A stretch of DNA of 64,000 bases from the human T2T-CHM13v2.0 reference genome, Homo sapiens: NCBI RefSeq assembly GCF_009914755.1, contig NC_060947.1, one strand, 5' to 3'. Position 1 is the first letter of the stretch; every line of letters starts with the position of its first letter. Position numbers and translations under genes: made by a program. The notes below the pieces were generated by a model that worked only from the letters and a program-made list of their open reading frames with translations, had not been told where the DNA came from and did not search any database. Shown in pieces: positions 33,219 through 45,700 of the stretch.

Positions 33219-36019
33219 GATGTCTACCTAGGAGTGGAATTGCTAGATTATATGGTTGCTCTATCTTGTTTTTTGAGGATCCTCCAAACTGTTTTCCATA
33301 GTGGTTGTACTAATTTACATTCCCACTGACAATGTACAAGTGTTCCCTTTTCTCCACATCCTTTCCAGAATTTGTTATTGCCTGTCTTCTTGATAAAAGC
33401 CATTAACTGGGGTAAGGTGATATATTATTGTAGGTTTCATTTGCATTTCTCTGATGAACAATGTTTAGCACTTTTTCATATATCTGTTTGCCATTTGTAT
33501 GTCTTCTTTTGGGAAATGTCTATTTAGATCTTTTGCCTATTTTTTATTCAGATTATTAGACTTTATCTTGTTCAGCTGTTTGAGCTCCTTATATATTCTG
33601 GTTATTAATCTCTTGTCAGATGGGTAATTTGCAGTTATTTCTTTCAGTCTTTGGGTTTTCTATTCACTTTGCTGATAGTTTTTTTGTTTTTTGCTGTGCA
33701 GAAGCTTTTTAATTTCAATATGTCAATTGCATTTTCAACTCTAGAATTTCTGCTTGATTCTTTTAAATTATTTCAATCTCTATGTTAAATTTATCTGATA
33801 GAATTATGAATTCCTTCTCTGTGTTTGAATTTTTTGAGATTCCTCATCACATCTATTTTGAATTCTCTGTCTGAATGGTCACATATCTCCATTTTTCTGG
33901 GATTGGTCTCTGGTGCTTTATTTAGTTTGGTGATGTTTTCCTGGATAGTCATGGTGCTTGTAGATGTTCATCTGTGTCTGGGCATTGAATAGTTAGGTAG
34001 TTATTGTTCACAGTTTGGGCTTGTTTGTACCTGTACTTCTTGGGAAGGCTTTCCAGGTATTCAAAAGCACCTGGCTGTTGTGATTTAAGCCGTATCTGCA
34101 TTAGGGAACATCCCAAGCCCAATAGTGCTGTGGTTCTTGCAGACTCGCAGAGGTACCACCTTGGCGGTGTTGCATAAGATCCAGAAGAATTCTCTGGATT
34201 ACCAGGCAGAGATTCTTGTTCTCTTCCCTTATTTGCTCACAAACAAAGGGAATCTCTCTGTGGTGAGCCACCTGGGGCTGGAGATGTGTTGACACAAGCA
34301 CCCCTGTGGCCACCACCCCTGGGATTGTGCTGGGTCAGACCTGAAGCTAGGACAGCACTGTGTCTCATCCAAGGCTCAATGCAACGACTTCTTGGCTACC
34401 ACCTATGTTTGTGCAAGGCCCTAGGGCTCTATAGTTAGCAGGTGGCGAATCCAGGCTTGTGTCCTTCCCTTCAGGGCAGCGGGTTCCCCCAGGCCCCAAG
34501 CAAGTCCAGAGATACTGTCAGGGAGCTAGGGACTGGAATTAAAAATCTTTGCACTCTACCTGGTGTGTTCTATTTTACTCTAGCAGATTTGACCCTCAAT
34601 CCATGAGGCATAGTCTTTCCCACTCTTCTCTGCCCTTATCACAGGCAGAGGAGCCTCACCTCATGGTCACCACCACCACAGGCCCACGGGGACTACTGCC
34701 AGGCTACCATCTATGTTCACTTAAGGCCCAAGAGCTCTTCATTCAACTTGTGGTGAATGCTGCCAGGCCTGGGCCTCATGTTTCAGGGCAGTGGGCTCCC
34801 CATTGTCCCAGGGCAGGTCCCAAAATGCTGTGCAAAAGCCAAGGCCTGGAATTGAGGACCCCAAGAGCCCTCTTGTTGTTGTACCCCACTGTGGCAGAGT
34901 TGGTACCTAAAGTGCAAGCCGAAGTCCCCTTTACTTTTCCCTCTCCTTTTCTTAAGCAGAAGGAGACTTTCCCAATAGCCACCACAGCTGGGAATATATT
35001 GAGTCTTACCTGAAGCTAGTGTATCTCAGTCTTACCCAAGGCCCATGGTGTACTACCTGGGTAGCTGGGTATTGCTACTGGTTATTTAGGGCTACTGGTT
35101 ATTTAGTCTGCAGGTGATGGATCCTGCCAGGACTTGGCCCTTCTCTTCAAAACAGCCAGTTCCTTTCTGGCCTGGGGTGTGTCTGGAAATGTCACCTGGG
35201 GATTAGGACATGTAATGGAGTCCTCATGACTCTGACTGGAGCCCTATCCTACTGTGTCTGAGCTAGTACCCCAGACACAGGCAAAACTCCTCTTTACTCT
35301 TCCCTCTCGTCTCCTCAAGTGGAAGGAAGGGATCTGTGGTGGACGAGTGATCTTTGCAGCCTGGGGTTGAGGGAGCGGTGACACAAGCATTCCCTTAGCT
35401 GCACCAACTGGTGTCTCAGTAAGTCGTGTGCCTCCCCACCCCCAAATCCACTGTCTCCAAGCCCAGCTCAGCACTGGGACTTGCAGACTTTGTGGCCTAG
35501 ATTTTCTTTCAAGTTTATTTAATGTCCCAGAGCAATTTAGCCTGCAGTGGTGAGCCTTGCTGGAACTCAAGTTCTAGTCACAGGGATGGGTGATTTCCTC
35601 TGACTAGGGCTGGTTTGAATGCTCCCACTGTAGGCGGGTGTCAGCTGTGTTCAGCCTTGTTTTGCTTTCTGCTGTGACAGGGCAGCATTGAATTCAATGC
35701 AACATCTCACTATCACTGCAGCCTCCTTCTCCTAAGCACATGTATTCTCTCTCAGTCCACATGGCTGCTGCCAATGGGTGGGGAAGGGGTGGTGTCAGTG
35801 ATTCAAGACTCTTTTCTACCCTCTCCAGTGCCTCCTTCAGTGATATGAAGTTAAAATCAGGTACTGTGAGTGCTCACCTAATTTTTAGGTTTTTTTTATG
35901 AAGATGGTTTTTTGTGTAGATAATTGTTAAATTTGGTGTTCAGGGCGGGGATGATCAATGCGGCCTTTTATTCTACTATCTTGCTCCACCCCCAATTGAT
36001 TAAGTTTCAATTTATTTAT

Positions 36020-37180
36020 TTATTCAAATAGATTTTTGCGGAACAGGTGGTGTTTGGTTATATGAATAAGTTCTTTAGTGGTAATTTCTGAGATTTTGGT
36101 GCACCCATCACCCGAGCAGTGTACACTGTACTCAATGTGCAGTCTTTTATCCCTTACACCCCTCCCACCCTTTCCCATGAGTCCCCAAAGTCCATTGTAT
36201 CATTCTTATGCCTTTGCGTCCTCATAGCTTAGCTCCCACTTATGAGTGAGAGCATACAATGTTTGATTTTCCATTCCTGAGTTACTTCACTTAGAATAAT
36301 GGTCTCCAACTCCATCCAGGTTGCTGCCAAAGCCATTATTTCATTCCTTTTTATGACTGAGTAGTATTCCATGCTATTTATATACCATATTTTCTTTATC
36401 CACCCATTGATTCATTGATTGATGGGTATTTGGGCTGGTTTCCATATTTTTGCAATTGTGAATTGTGCTGCTGTAAACACAAGTGTGCAAGGTTTTGTTT
36501 TGTTTTTTCTGTTTGTTTTTGCTTGTTTGTTTGTTTGTTTTTTGTATAATGACTTCTTTTCCTCTGGGTAGATAACCAGTAGTGGGATTGCTGGAAAGAA
36601 TGGTAGATCTACTTTTAGTTCTTTAAGAAATCTCCACAGTGTTTTCCATAGTGGTTGTACCAGTTTACATTCCCCCCAGTAGTGTAGAAGTGTTCCCTTT
36701 TCAGCTGGGTGTGGTGGCTCACGCCTGTAATCCCAGCACTTTGGGAGGCTGAGGCAGGTGATCACCGGAGGTCAGGAGTTGGAGACCAGCCTGACCAACA
36801 TGGAGAAACCCCATCTCTACTAAAAATACAAAATTAGCTGGGCGTGGTGGTGCATGCCTGTAATCCCAACTACTCAGGAGGCTGAGGCAAGAGAATCACT
36901 TGAACCCGGGAGATGGAGGTTGCGGTGAGCCGAGATTGTGCCGTTCCACTTCAACCTGGGCAATAAAAGCGAAACTCTGTCTCAAAAAAAAAAAAAAAAA
37001 GAAGAAAAGAAGAAGTGTTCCCTTTTCAGCACATTCACACCAACATCTATTATTTTTTTATTTTTTTTTAATTATGGCCATTCTTGGGGAGTGAGATGGT
37101 ATCACATGGTGGTTTTGATTTACATTTCCCTGATCATTAGTGATGTTTATCATTTTTTCATATGTTTGTTGGCCATTTGC
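36020..37180 (-). mobile_element. L1PB 3' fragment
   Basis: gaacaggtggtgtttggtta...agttctttagtggt 3'UTR. ORF2 end [16 protein letters not shown]. Confidence 0.88.
36703..37010 (+). mobile_element. AluSp-like
   Basis: cctgaccaacatggagaaaccc. TSD agaagtgttcccttttc at 36686-36702 and 37011-37027. Confidence 0.95.
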
Positions 37181-38007
37181 CAACTGATATGTTTTCAAAG
37201 GCAAAATAATTAAATGAGATTGTTTATTCCACTTAAACGAATTCAAAAATAATGACTTACAAAGTAGTAATATAATTCCACCGCCCATGTGTCCAAAATG
37301 TTGATTTATTTATGCCAGAATGTTGTTTCTCTGACCAAATATTGTCTTTTGGAGCTGGAGGATCTCCAAAAGGGAAAGCTCTTATAGCTAATCAAGAAGT
37401 TTCAGTGGGGAAACTTATAATACCATGAACTAAGCATCAGCCTGATTAGCTACTGATTTTGTGACTGAAATAAAATGGTACCTTTCGTTCTTACCCTGCC
37501 CCAAGGTGTTTTTTAGACAGGGGAAATTAGGTGTAATAATTTCCTCTGAAAGGTGAGTTATGCTACTTTTGATTATTTTTCTTTTTACTTCTTTGTATTT
37601 TTTCCTCTTACATTTATTTTTGATTAGGTAACACATTCATGTGGTTCAGAATTTGAAATTTACAATAGAGTGTACAATTAAAGGTCTCACATTCTTTGTG
37701 CCCACCCCCACAGTTCTTCCCAGAGGCAACCAGTGTTTTTACTTTTATAAATATTTTATGCATACACAAGCACAGGCACTTGCAAACATGTGCACACATT
37801 CTTCCCCCCAGTTGTTTTTACACATTTTTCTGTACTATGCTTTAGAGCATTTCATATCAGTGCATAAGGAGCTATGGCTACATGGTATTATTTGTTTGTA
37901 TAGAGATGACATAATTTATTTAACAAGTCCCCTATTGAGGGATGTTTAATTTGTTGCCTGTCTTTTGCTATTGCATTTCTGCAGTAAGTAATCTTGTAAT
38001 ACATCAT

Positions 38008-40023
38008 TTCAGATGTGTGCTATCTGTAGGGTGAATTTCTAGAAATGGAGCTGTTGGGTTGGATAGTATGGACCCTTGTCATTTTGGTAGATATTGCCAG
38101 AATGTCCTCTATAGAAGTTGTGCCCAATTTACACTCCTACCAGCAATGTATAACTGTGTTTTCCTAACCCTCACCAACACATTGTATTATCAAACATTAT
38201 ATCTTTATGAATATGATATGTAAAAAATACTATGTTTTTAATATGCATTTCTGTTCTGAATAAGGTTGAGCACCTTTTCATATATTTAAGATCCTGTGAT
38301 ATTTATAAAAATAATTTCCTTTTTTATAATGGCTGGAATGCTGCAGGATTGATAGGCACAATGTCTTTTCTCCTTAACTTATACCTGCAGGTATATTCTT
38401 TTACACAGCAGTATGAGAGTGATTCCAAAGAGCATATTTAGGTTAAATAAATAATCCAGGAACACTTTGTGTTTTAAAATTTCGGTAGCATTTTATAATT
38501 CACTCATTATACAACTAACATATTATAGTTGACAAACAAATGAACCAACATCCCCTAGTAACTTTAAATGATTTAAATTACTCAAGAAATTTAACTCAGT
38601 GGTTTTGTTACTTCTTAATATACACCATACTTTATAATTTTTTCATATTCCAAGAAAAATAGAATTATCCTTTATTTAGGAAGTTACCAGTGTGTTAGAA
38701 TTTGCACGGAGTTATCTTAAATTATGGTCTGTTTACATTTGCAATATGTATTTGAAATTTTCTTCCTTAATACCTAAGCCACATTGCAGGAAGGTGAGAA
38801 GTTCAGTGTATATTTAAATGTGTTGACTGATTCATAAATGGCCCCGGACTCTTTTGCATCACACAACAAATTTTTGTCAGATCTTTGTCTATGGCACTGT
38901 AGATCACCTCTATTATAGCAGCTATCAAAGTCTGTCATGTATTGTCATTATTTATTTATGTGTCTGCTTTTGTCACTAGATTATGAACTTCTAGAGGATA
39001 CAATTTGTATTCCCCTCTAGCACTGGTCTGGAGCTTTGCATATATTTCAGACTTATAAAATGTTTGTTGAACTGAATTGAATCACATTTATATAGAGGTT
39101 CTGAGGTTGCCTTTTAAAAAACGTTTTTCCACGTATTGTTTGCTTTTTTAAATGTAAAGTCTTATTTTAATACCGCCCAAGTTTGCTTTCTGCTAATATT
39201 ATTGAATTTGTATTGAGAATAATTATTCAAAATACTCCTGTAATAATATCAGTGAAGAGGCAGATTTTTATTGTGCATATTTCCTAGCTGTTCATAGTTT
39301 TAACCATCAGAGTCCTGCTTTAATTTTAGCCTCAGGCAATTCTAAATATTTAGTGAGCAAAGTGGGAATATTAGACACTTTAGTGCGGGATGTTATTTGT
39401 TTCATCTCACTAAGATTCCCAATTTATATAGGCCATTTGAAATGTGCAATTAAAGTTCTGGTCATTGCTAATATTAAGGAATTTAGAAGGTTCTATAGCA
39501 GAGTAAACAGCTTTACAAATGATAGTGGTGTTTTTTAATTTAAATTTTTATTGAGATATTTGTGGATTCATATGTAGCTCTAAGAAATAATATAGAGAGA
39601 TCCCTTATACACTTTATGCATTTCTCCCCAGTGGTAACATCTTGCAGAACAGTTGCCTACTATCATAACCAGGATACTAATAGTAATATAATCTGCCACT
39701 CTATATTCAGATTTCACCAGTTTTACTTGTGTTCATGTGTATGTGTGTTCTGTACAATTTTATTACCTATATATGTTCATGTTTCCACCACCACAGTTAA
39801 AATACTAAACAGTTCCAACATCGCATATATTCAGAAGTATGCTATCTGTAGGGTGAATTTCTACAAATGGAGCTGTTGGGTTGGATGTTTGTACCTTTGT
39901 CATTTTGATAGATATTGCCAGAATGTCCTCTATCGAAGTTCTATCAGATTTACACTCCTACCAGCAATGTATAACTGTGTTTGTTTTCCTAACCCTCACC
40001 AACACATTGCGTTATCAAACATT
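38008..40023 (+). repeat. Local ~190-bp direct duplication (38008-38198 and 39830-40023)
   Basis: Long shared runs: gctatctgtagggtgaatttcta, tagatattgccagaatgtcctctat, atttacactcctaccagcaatgtataactgtgttt, ttcctaaccctcaccaacacattg. Confidence 0.92.
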
Positions 40024-40249
40024 GCCCTTTTATAACCACCCCCTGACCCCTATCATCCTAAATCATTGCAGCCACTAATCTGTTCTCCACTTCTAAATTT
40101 TGTCATTTAAAAATGTTATTTATTTAGAATAATGTAGTATAACCTTTTATGATTAGCCTTTTTTATCATTATCAAGTATTATGTACTTTGCATAATTGTA
40201 TGTGCTATACTTTTTAATGAGTATTTTTATGTAAATATTTAAAAATTTA

Positions 40250-40735
40250 TCTTATTTTAGGTTTGGGGGTACATGTGAAGGTTTGTTACACAGGTAAACA
40301 CGTGTCATGGGGGTTTGTTTTACATATTATTACATCACCCATGAATTAAGCTTAGTACCCAATAGTTATCTTTTCTGCTCCTCTTCATCCTTCCACCCTC
40401 TGTTCTCAAGTAGACCCCAGTGTCTGTTGATTCCTTCTTGGTGTTCGTAAGTTCTTATAATTTAGCTCCCACTTATAAGTGAGAACATACAGTATTTGGT
40501 TTTCTGTTCCTGCATTAGTTTGCTAAGGATGATAGCTTCCAGCTCCATCTGTGTTCTCACAAAAGACATGATCTTGTTCTTTATTATGGCTGCATAATAT
40601 TACATGGTATATATGTACCACATTTTCTTTATCCAGTCTGTCACGGATGGGGATTTAGGTTGATTTCATGTCTTTGCTATTGTGAACAGTGCTGCAGTGA
40701 ACATTCATGTGTGCACATGTCTTTATGGTAGAATA
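40250..40735 (-). mobile_element. Older L1PA 3' fragment
   Basis: gggtacatgtgaaggtttgttac...gctcccacttataagtgagaacat. Confidence 0.85.
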
Positions 40736-41039
40736 CTCATGAAAGTGTCTTGGAGCTATTTGGACAAGGAATTTTAGGATCTTGGGTACTCAAATTATGA
40801 TATGGAAGGGGAAACACAGGCTTTCAGTGGTTCTTTCCCTTTTGCCCCACAGACTCTTCCTCTCTGAAACTGACAGCAGCTGAGGAATGGCTAGAGTGGG
40901 GTCTGCTACATTGGAGAGCATCTCTTGTCCATGTCAAAGTGTGACGCTTCATTTATTAATTGTTTGCTATGATTTAACTACTAAATGCTATTTTAATTTT
41001 TTTGGCTTGAAAATAAGTCTTAAGATGTCATCAAGCTTG

Positions 41040-42140
41040 ATGCCAGCAAATATGGCAGAGTAGGGAACCCTCAAAATTTATCTTTTTTTACAATTGCACT
41101 AAATAAACTGGCAAATACTCTCAGAATCAACTTTACTGGCATTATGGAAACTAATCAAAAGTTTACAGCAACCAGACAAATGCTTAATAATAAAAAAAGT
41201 TGAATCTCAGTAGGAGAGATTTGTGGCATTTTAGCTTACCCTTGTCCCACCCCCTGCTCTCTAGCTTGGCAGTGGCTCTGAAGACAACAGTCTACATTTC
41301 ACTGTACTAGTCCACTGAGTACAGGTTCTTAGTACCTGAGGGAGTAGAAGTAACCTTATTCTTAAATAAGTGTGTTTGTTGGTTTTGATCTGTGTTGTGG
41401 ATCTGAGGGACCAGTTCAGAAGGCTTGCCTTTATTTTGCCTAACTCAGAACTTTTCCAAGGTTGAGGCAGCTATGGGGGTGGAGGAGAGATTTGTGAAAA
41501 CATTTACAGGCAAATGTATTAGCTGCTACTTCCTAGGGGTAGGGATAAAGGTTGGTCAAACAGTAAACTAGCTAAAAAGCTTGGGAAAAAAGTCTGGGAA
41601 ATGAGATGCTTTGGAGAATTAGAGCTTTGAAAAGCTTCAACATATTCCTGGTAATTTCGAAGGCCATGTGCCCCCAAGGCTATGTGGATGCTCAGAAAAG
41701 ACCTGAGAACGCCCTAAGCTTTCACCTCTGGCTTATCTTCAGGGTCTCAACTAGCAGGAATTTAAGGCTAATGCAGAATAGTAAACTTCCTGGCTGAGTG
41801 TTGAAGGTGTGCACATCTGCAAAGACTGGGAATTTATTGTTGTTGTTGTTCCAGGCGTTTTAGGAAATTTCTGTTTCAAATCACTAGATGCTCACTACGA
41901 TAATGAAACAGATTTCAGTGGCCACACAACAAAGAATACAGACTTTACAAAATTAGTTTAGAAAAAGTCACTAAACAAACAAACAACTACTATAATAAGC
42001 ATCAATAACAAACCCTGGAGAGGGAAGAGAATCTGATTTTCAGATTTGCTGCATCATAATATTCAAAATGTCCTATCTTCATAAAAATATGAACCATGCA
42101 AATTAAAAAGAAAGTATTACACATAGGAAAGAAGAAATTA
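41040..42140 (+). mobile_element. Old L1M 5'UTR-like fragment
   Basis: Starts aaatatggcagagtagg, resembling an L1 5' start. Also has gaatctgattttcag...attcaaaatgtcc. Confidence 0.5.
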
Positions 42141-44499
42141 CTATAATTCCCCAAAGAATCCCCTGGCTGTAGTATGGGAGAGTCATTAATCTGCTATTTA
42201 GCTAATTGAACAAGTAAAATGGACAAATCGAATATTGAGCACTACTAGAGGATCCCCATTTACTAGTAAAACATGCTTTTATAGAGATGGATAGCTGTTC
42301 CAAAAATGTCTGGCCATTTTTATTGCATTATAACCTTAAGTTAAATTTTAGTTTTCATTTTATCTTGTGATATATGATATATGGAAGCTAACTCATTTCC
42401 TATGAGCAAATGAATTGATGAGTTTTGCTCAACTGCAGAAAATCATTGAGTCTTTTATAGGATTTTTTGGTCTCTGACTTTAGATAAAATGGTATGTATG
42501 AACTCTTTCCCAAATAGTACCTGGATCTGCTATGTTTCTCTTTCTACCAAGCAGATAGCCTAATTCTCAATGCCTGGCTGTCTCACTTGTGTCTTGTGCT
42601 GGATATTTTTATTTGCTGAATATTATGTTAAGTACAGTTGACTATCATTTTCATCTTTATAAGGAAATCATTGTATAGCTATATTAAAAAATGAGTAGTT
42701 TTTATACTGTTTTAACTATAGACCCTTAGTGGTTATAAAGACTTAGCAAAGGGCCAAAGAGTTTTTAAAATGATATATTTATAAGCAAGTATAGAGAGGA
42801 ATTCAATAAGTGAGTCTGGCATTGTGCATCTGTTTTAGAGATTTCATTCATTAGAAAATAGAGAACACCATGGGGAAAGACTCTCAATTTTATTAACTAA
42901 GTATGGTCCATGCATATGAAGCGACTTCAGTAGAATAAGTTCAAAGGAAAAATGAATGATGTCAAAGAGAAAAGTAATAATTTTACTTCATAAGTTGCCA
43001 ACTCAGGTAGTTGTCATTTAGGAAATATACTGGGACAGCCTAAAGGTAAGTTAACTTTTTTCTTAATTAAGCCTTCTTTGAAGAAGTTAAGTTTAGTGAG
43101 TAAGATGCTTCTTTTTTATAATGGTTTTTATTTACATATCTCATGTTGGTGAATCATGTGTTAGTAGAAATCATAAGGGAATAGATATGCTGCTATTTAA
43201 CTTCAGTTCTGTTTTTTCAAAAAAATAATAAATTAATGGATAATGTAGCTTCTCACTTATACAGGGGTTACAGGGACCTAATTCTTGGATCTACATAGCC
43301 ATCAACTGTAGTACCATATTTCTCTTGAGGGAGCTCCCCAAATGAATGGGAGAGTTAACCAGCATTTATATGGCTTACCTTGTATCTCAAATCTAAAAAG
43401 AAAAAAAAAAAAAACGGATGTAGCTAATGGTATCTTTTAAATGTTCTTTGACATTTAATCAATTTTCACTCTTAATGGTTCTGTATATCTTATTTTGCTC
43501 GGAAAGGGTCAAAGCCATGCCTGAAAGACCTTAAAATAAAATGTTAAATTTTGACTATGCTTTGGTAACTTTGTTTATTTTGATATTGCCTGATGCACAG
43601 AAAATGATAAAAATTTCCATAAGAAAATAGATTGCAACTATTTAAGTCTACAATACTTTTCCTTGTTTTTATAAATTAAAATTTAAATACAATTTTAAGT
43701 CTATTTTTTGACCTAAACAATTGTAATACTGAGTTCTTTGTGTATTTCTTAAGAATTTCTTTGCAGGTCCAAACAGATCTAGCATTATTGAGACTGAATA
43801 AAAGATGCTTCTTTCAGGTGGCCCCTAATTTAATTGTTTGTAATGATTATTCTAGAAAAAAGCACCACTCTGACACATGGATTTTCTTGTAGGTCAGCAT
43901 TTTATAAAAAGTATCCTAACGACAAATGGATGATAGGAAGAGCAAAAGAGGAAAAAATATCCGTAAGAAAAGATGTAATACAATTAGTACAAGGGGCAGG
44001 AGGTAACAGGAATTTGGTTCTTCTTTCTATATTTTTTTACTTTGAGTTCCTCAAATATTTTATATGCAAGAAAATATTTCAAGTTTTAACACATATGTCA
44101 TACCATTTTCTTAGTTTGTATTCCATCATGCCATAAGCATTTACTTTCAGAAGGACTTTTGGTTTTATAAATTAAAGGCCTGATTTTTTTTTTTTCAGTG
44201 CACTTCTAAGTTAGATAACGCAGAGGGAGGTTTATGTGGAAATGATCGTTTTTCTAAGTGAATGTTCAAACACTGAGTCACTCACAAGTTCTTAAAATCC
44301 TATATGTTTTAAGATATATTAGAGGCAGATTCTATACTGAAGAAATAGTGCAAATTTTGCGCAGTTAACATAAAATTTAGCATTTTTCATCCTCCCATTA
44401 TCTTCAGCCCCATGATTTTGTGTCTTTGGGGATGAATACTTAGACTTTCACTTGATGCATTCAGGCTCTGGGTTAGAAAAAGATGCTTAAAGACTGAGT

Positions 44500-45163
44500 C
44501 ATGAATATTGGAAAAGAATATAGTGGGAGGAATCACTCTACATGATATTATGACCTACTATATAGCTGTAGTTAATTAAAACAGTTGCAGTAATAGAGAA
44601 GGAATAGACACATAGATCAATATGATAGAAGGGAGAATTAAGAAATAGACCTTTACAATATGCCCAGCTATTTTTTGACAAAGGAGCAAAAGCAATTTAA
44701 TAGAGGAAGAATAACTTTTTTTTTCAACAAATGATTCTGGAACAATTGAGCATCCATAGACAAAAATATGAACCTTGACCTAAGCCTCACACCTTACAAA
44801 AAAGTTAACTCAGAATGGATCATGGGTTTAAATATAAAAAGAAAACAATAAAACGTTTAGAAAAAAATAAAATCATCACCTAGAGCTAGATGAAGAATTC
44901 TTAGACGTAATACCAAAAGCCTAGTTCATGAAATAATCAAAATTTAAAAATGTTTATTCTGTGAAAGTCCTTGTTAAACAGAGAATGAAAACACTAGCTA
45001 TAAACGGAGAAAATATTTGCAAAACACATATCCAGTAGAAGATTATTATTTAGAATATATATTTTTAAAACTCCCAAAACTGATCAGTTCAATAAAACCC
45101 CCCCAAATCCCATTAGAAAATGGACAAAAGATATGATCATACATTTCATGTAAGAGGATATAC
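44500..45163 (+). mobile_element. Old L1M ORF2 fragment (sense)
   Basis: tttttgacaaaggagcaaaagcaatt, gagaaaatatttgcaaaacacatatc, aaaatggacaaaagatatga. Confidence 0.8.
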
Positions 45164-45700
45164 ATGGAAGGAACATTATTGGGAAATTGGTGACAAAGAA
45201 ATTTGGAGAAGAGATGTGTGAATAGACCTCCCTGAATGGGCAAAAAACATGAAGATAATTGTGTCTCATCAAAGGGCAACCTCAGCAGAGGAGGATTTTA
45301 ATAGCCAAGTGGATAGGATGACCCGTTCTATGGATATCAGTCAGTCTCTTTCCCAACCACTCCTGTCAGTGCCCAATGGGCTCATGAGCAAAATGGCCAT
45401 GATGGCAGGGATGGAAATTATGCATGGGTTCAGCATCCTGGACTTCCACTCACCAAGACCAAACTGGCTATAGCCATTGCTGGATGTCCAATCTGCCAGT
45501 AGCAGAGACCAACACTGGTAGCAACACCAGATGAGGCAACATTGCCTGGAGTGATCAGCCAACTCTCTGGTGGGAGGTTGATTACATCGGACCCCTTCTA
45601 CCATGGAAGAGGCAGCGTTTTGTCTTTAATGGAACAGACAATCGGGATATGGATTTGCCTTCCCTGCTTTGCAGTGCTTCTCCCAAAACTGTCCATGAAT
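45164..45700 (+). mobile_element. Isolated ERV-L pol fragment (RNaseH end to integrase N-half)
   Basis: HQRATSAEEDFNSQVDRMTRSMDISQSLS parallels HQQVTSTEEDFNNQMDRMTHSVDTTQSLS in the provirus. gttgattacatcggacccctt encodes VDYIGPL. No LTRs. Confidence 0.88.

Noticed and set aside
34101-35570. GC-richer ORFs of 70-154 aa
   Set aside because: They lie within an old L1 5'UTR and have no recognisable domain.
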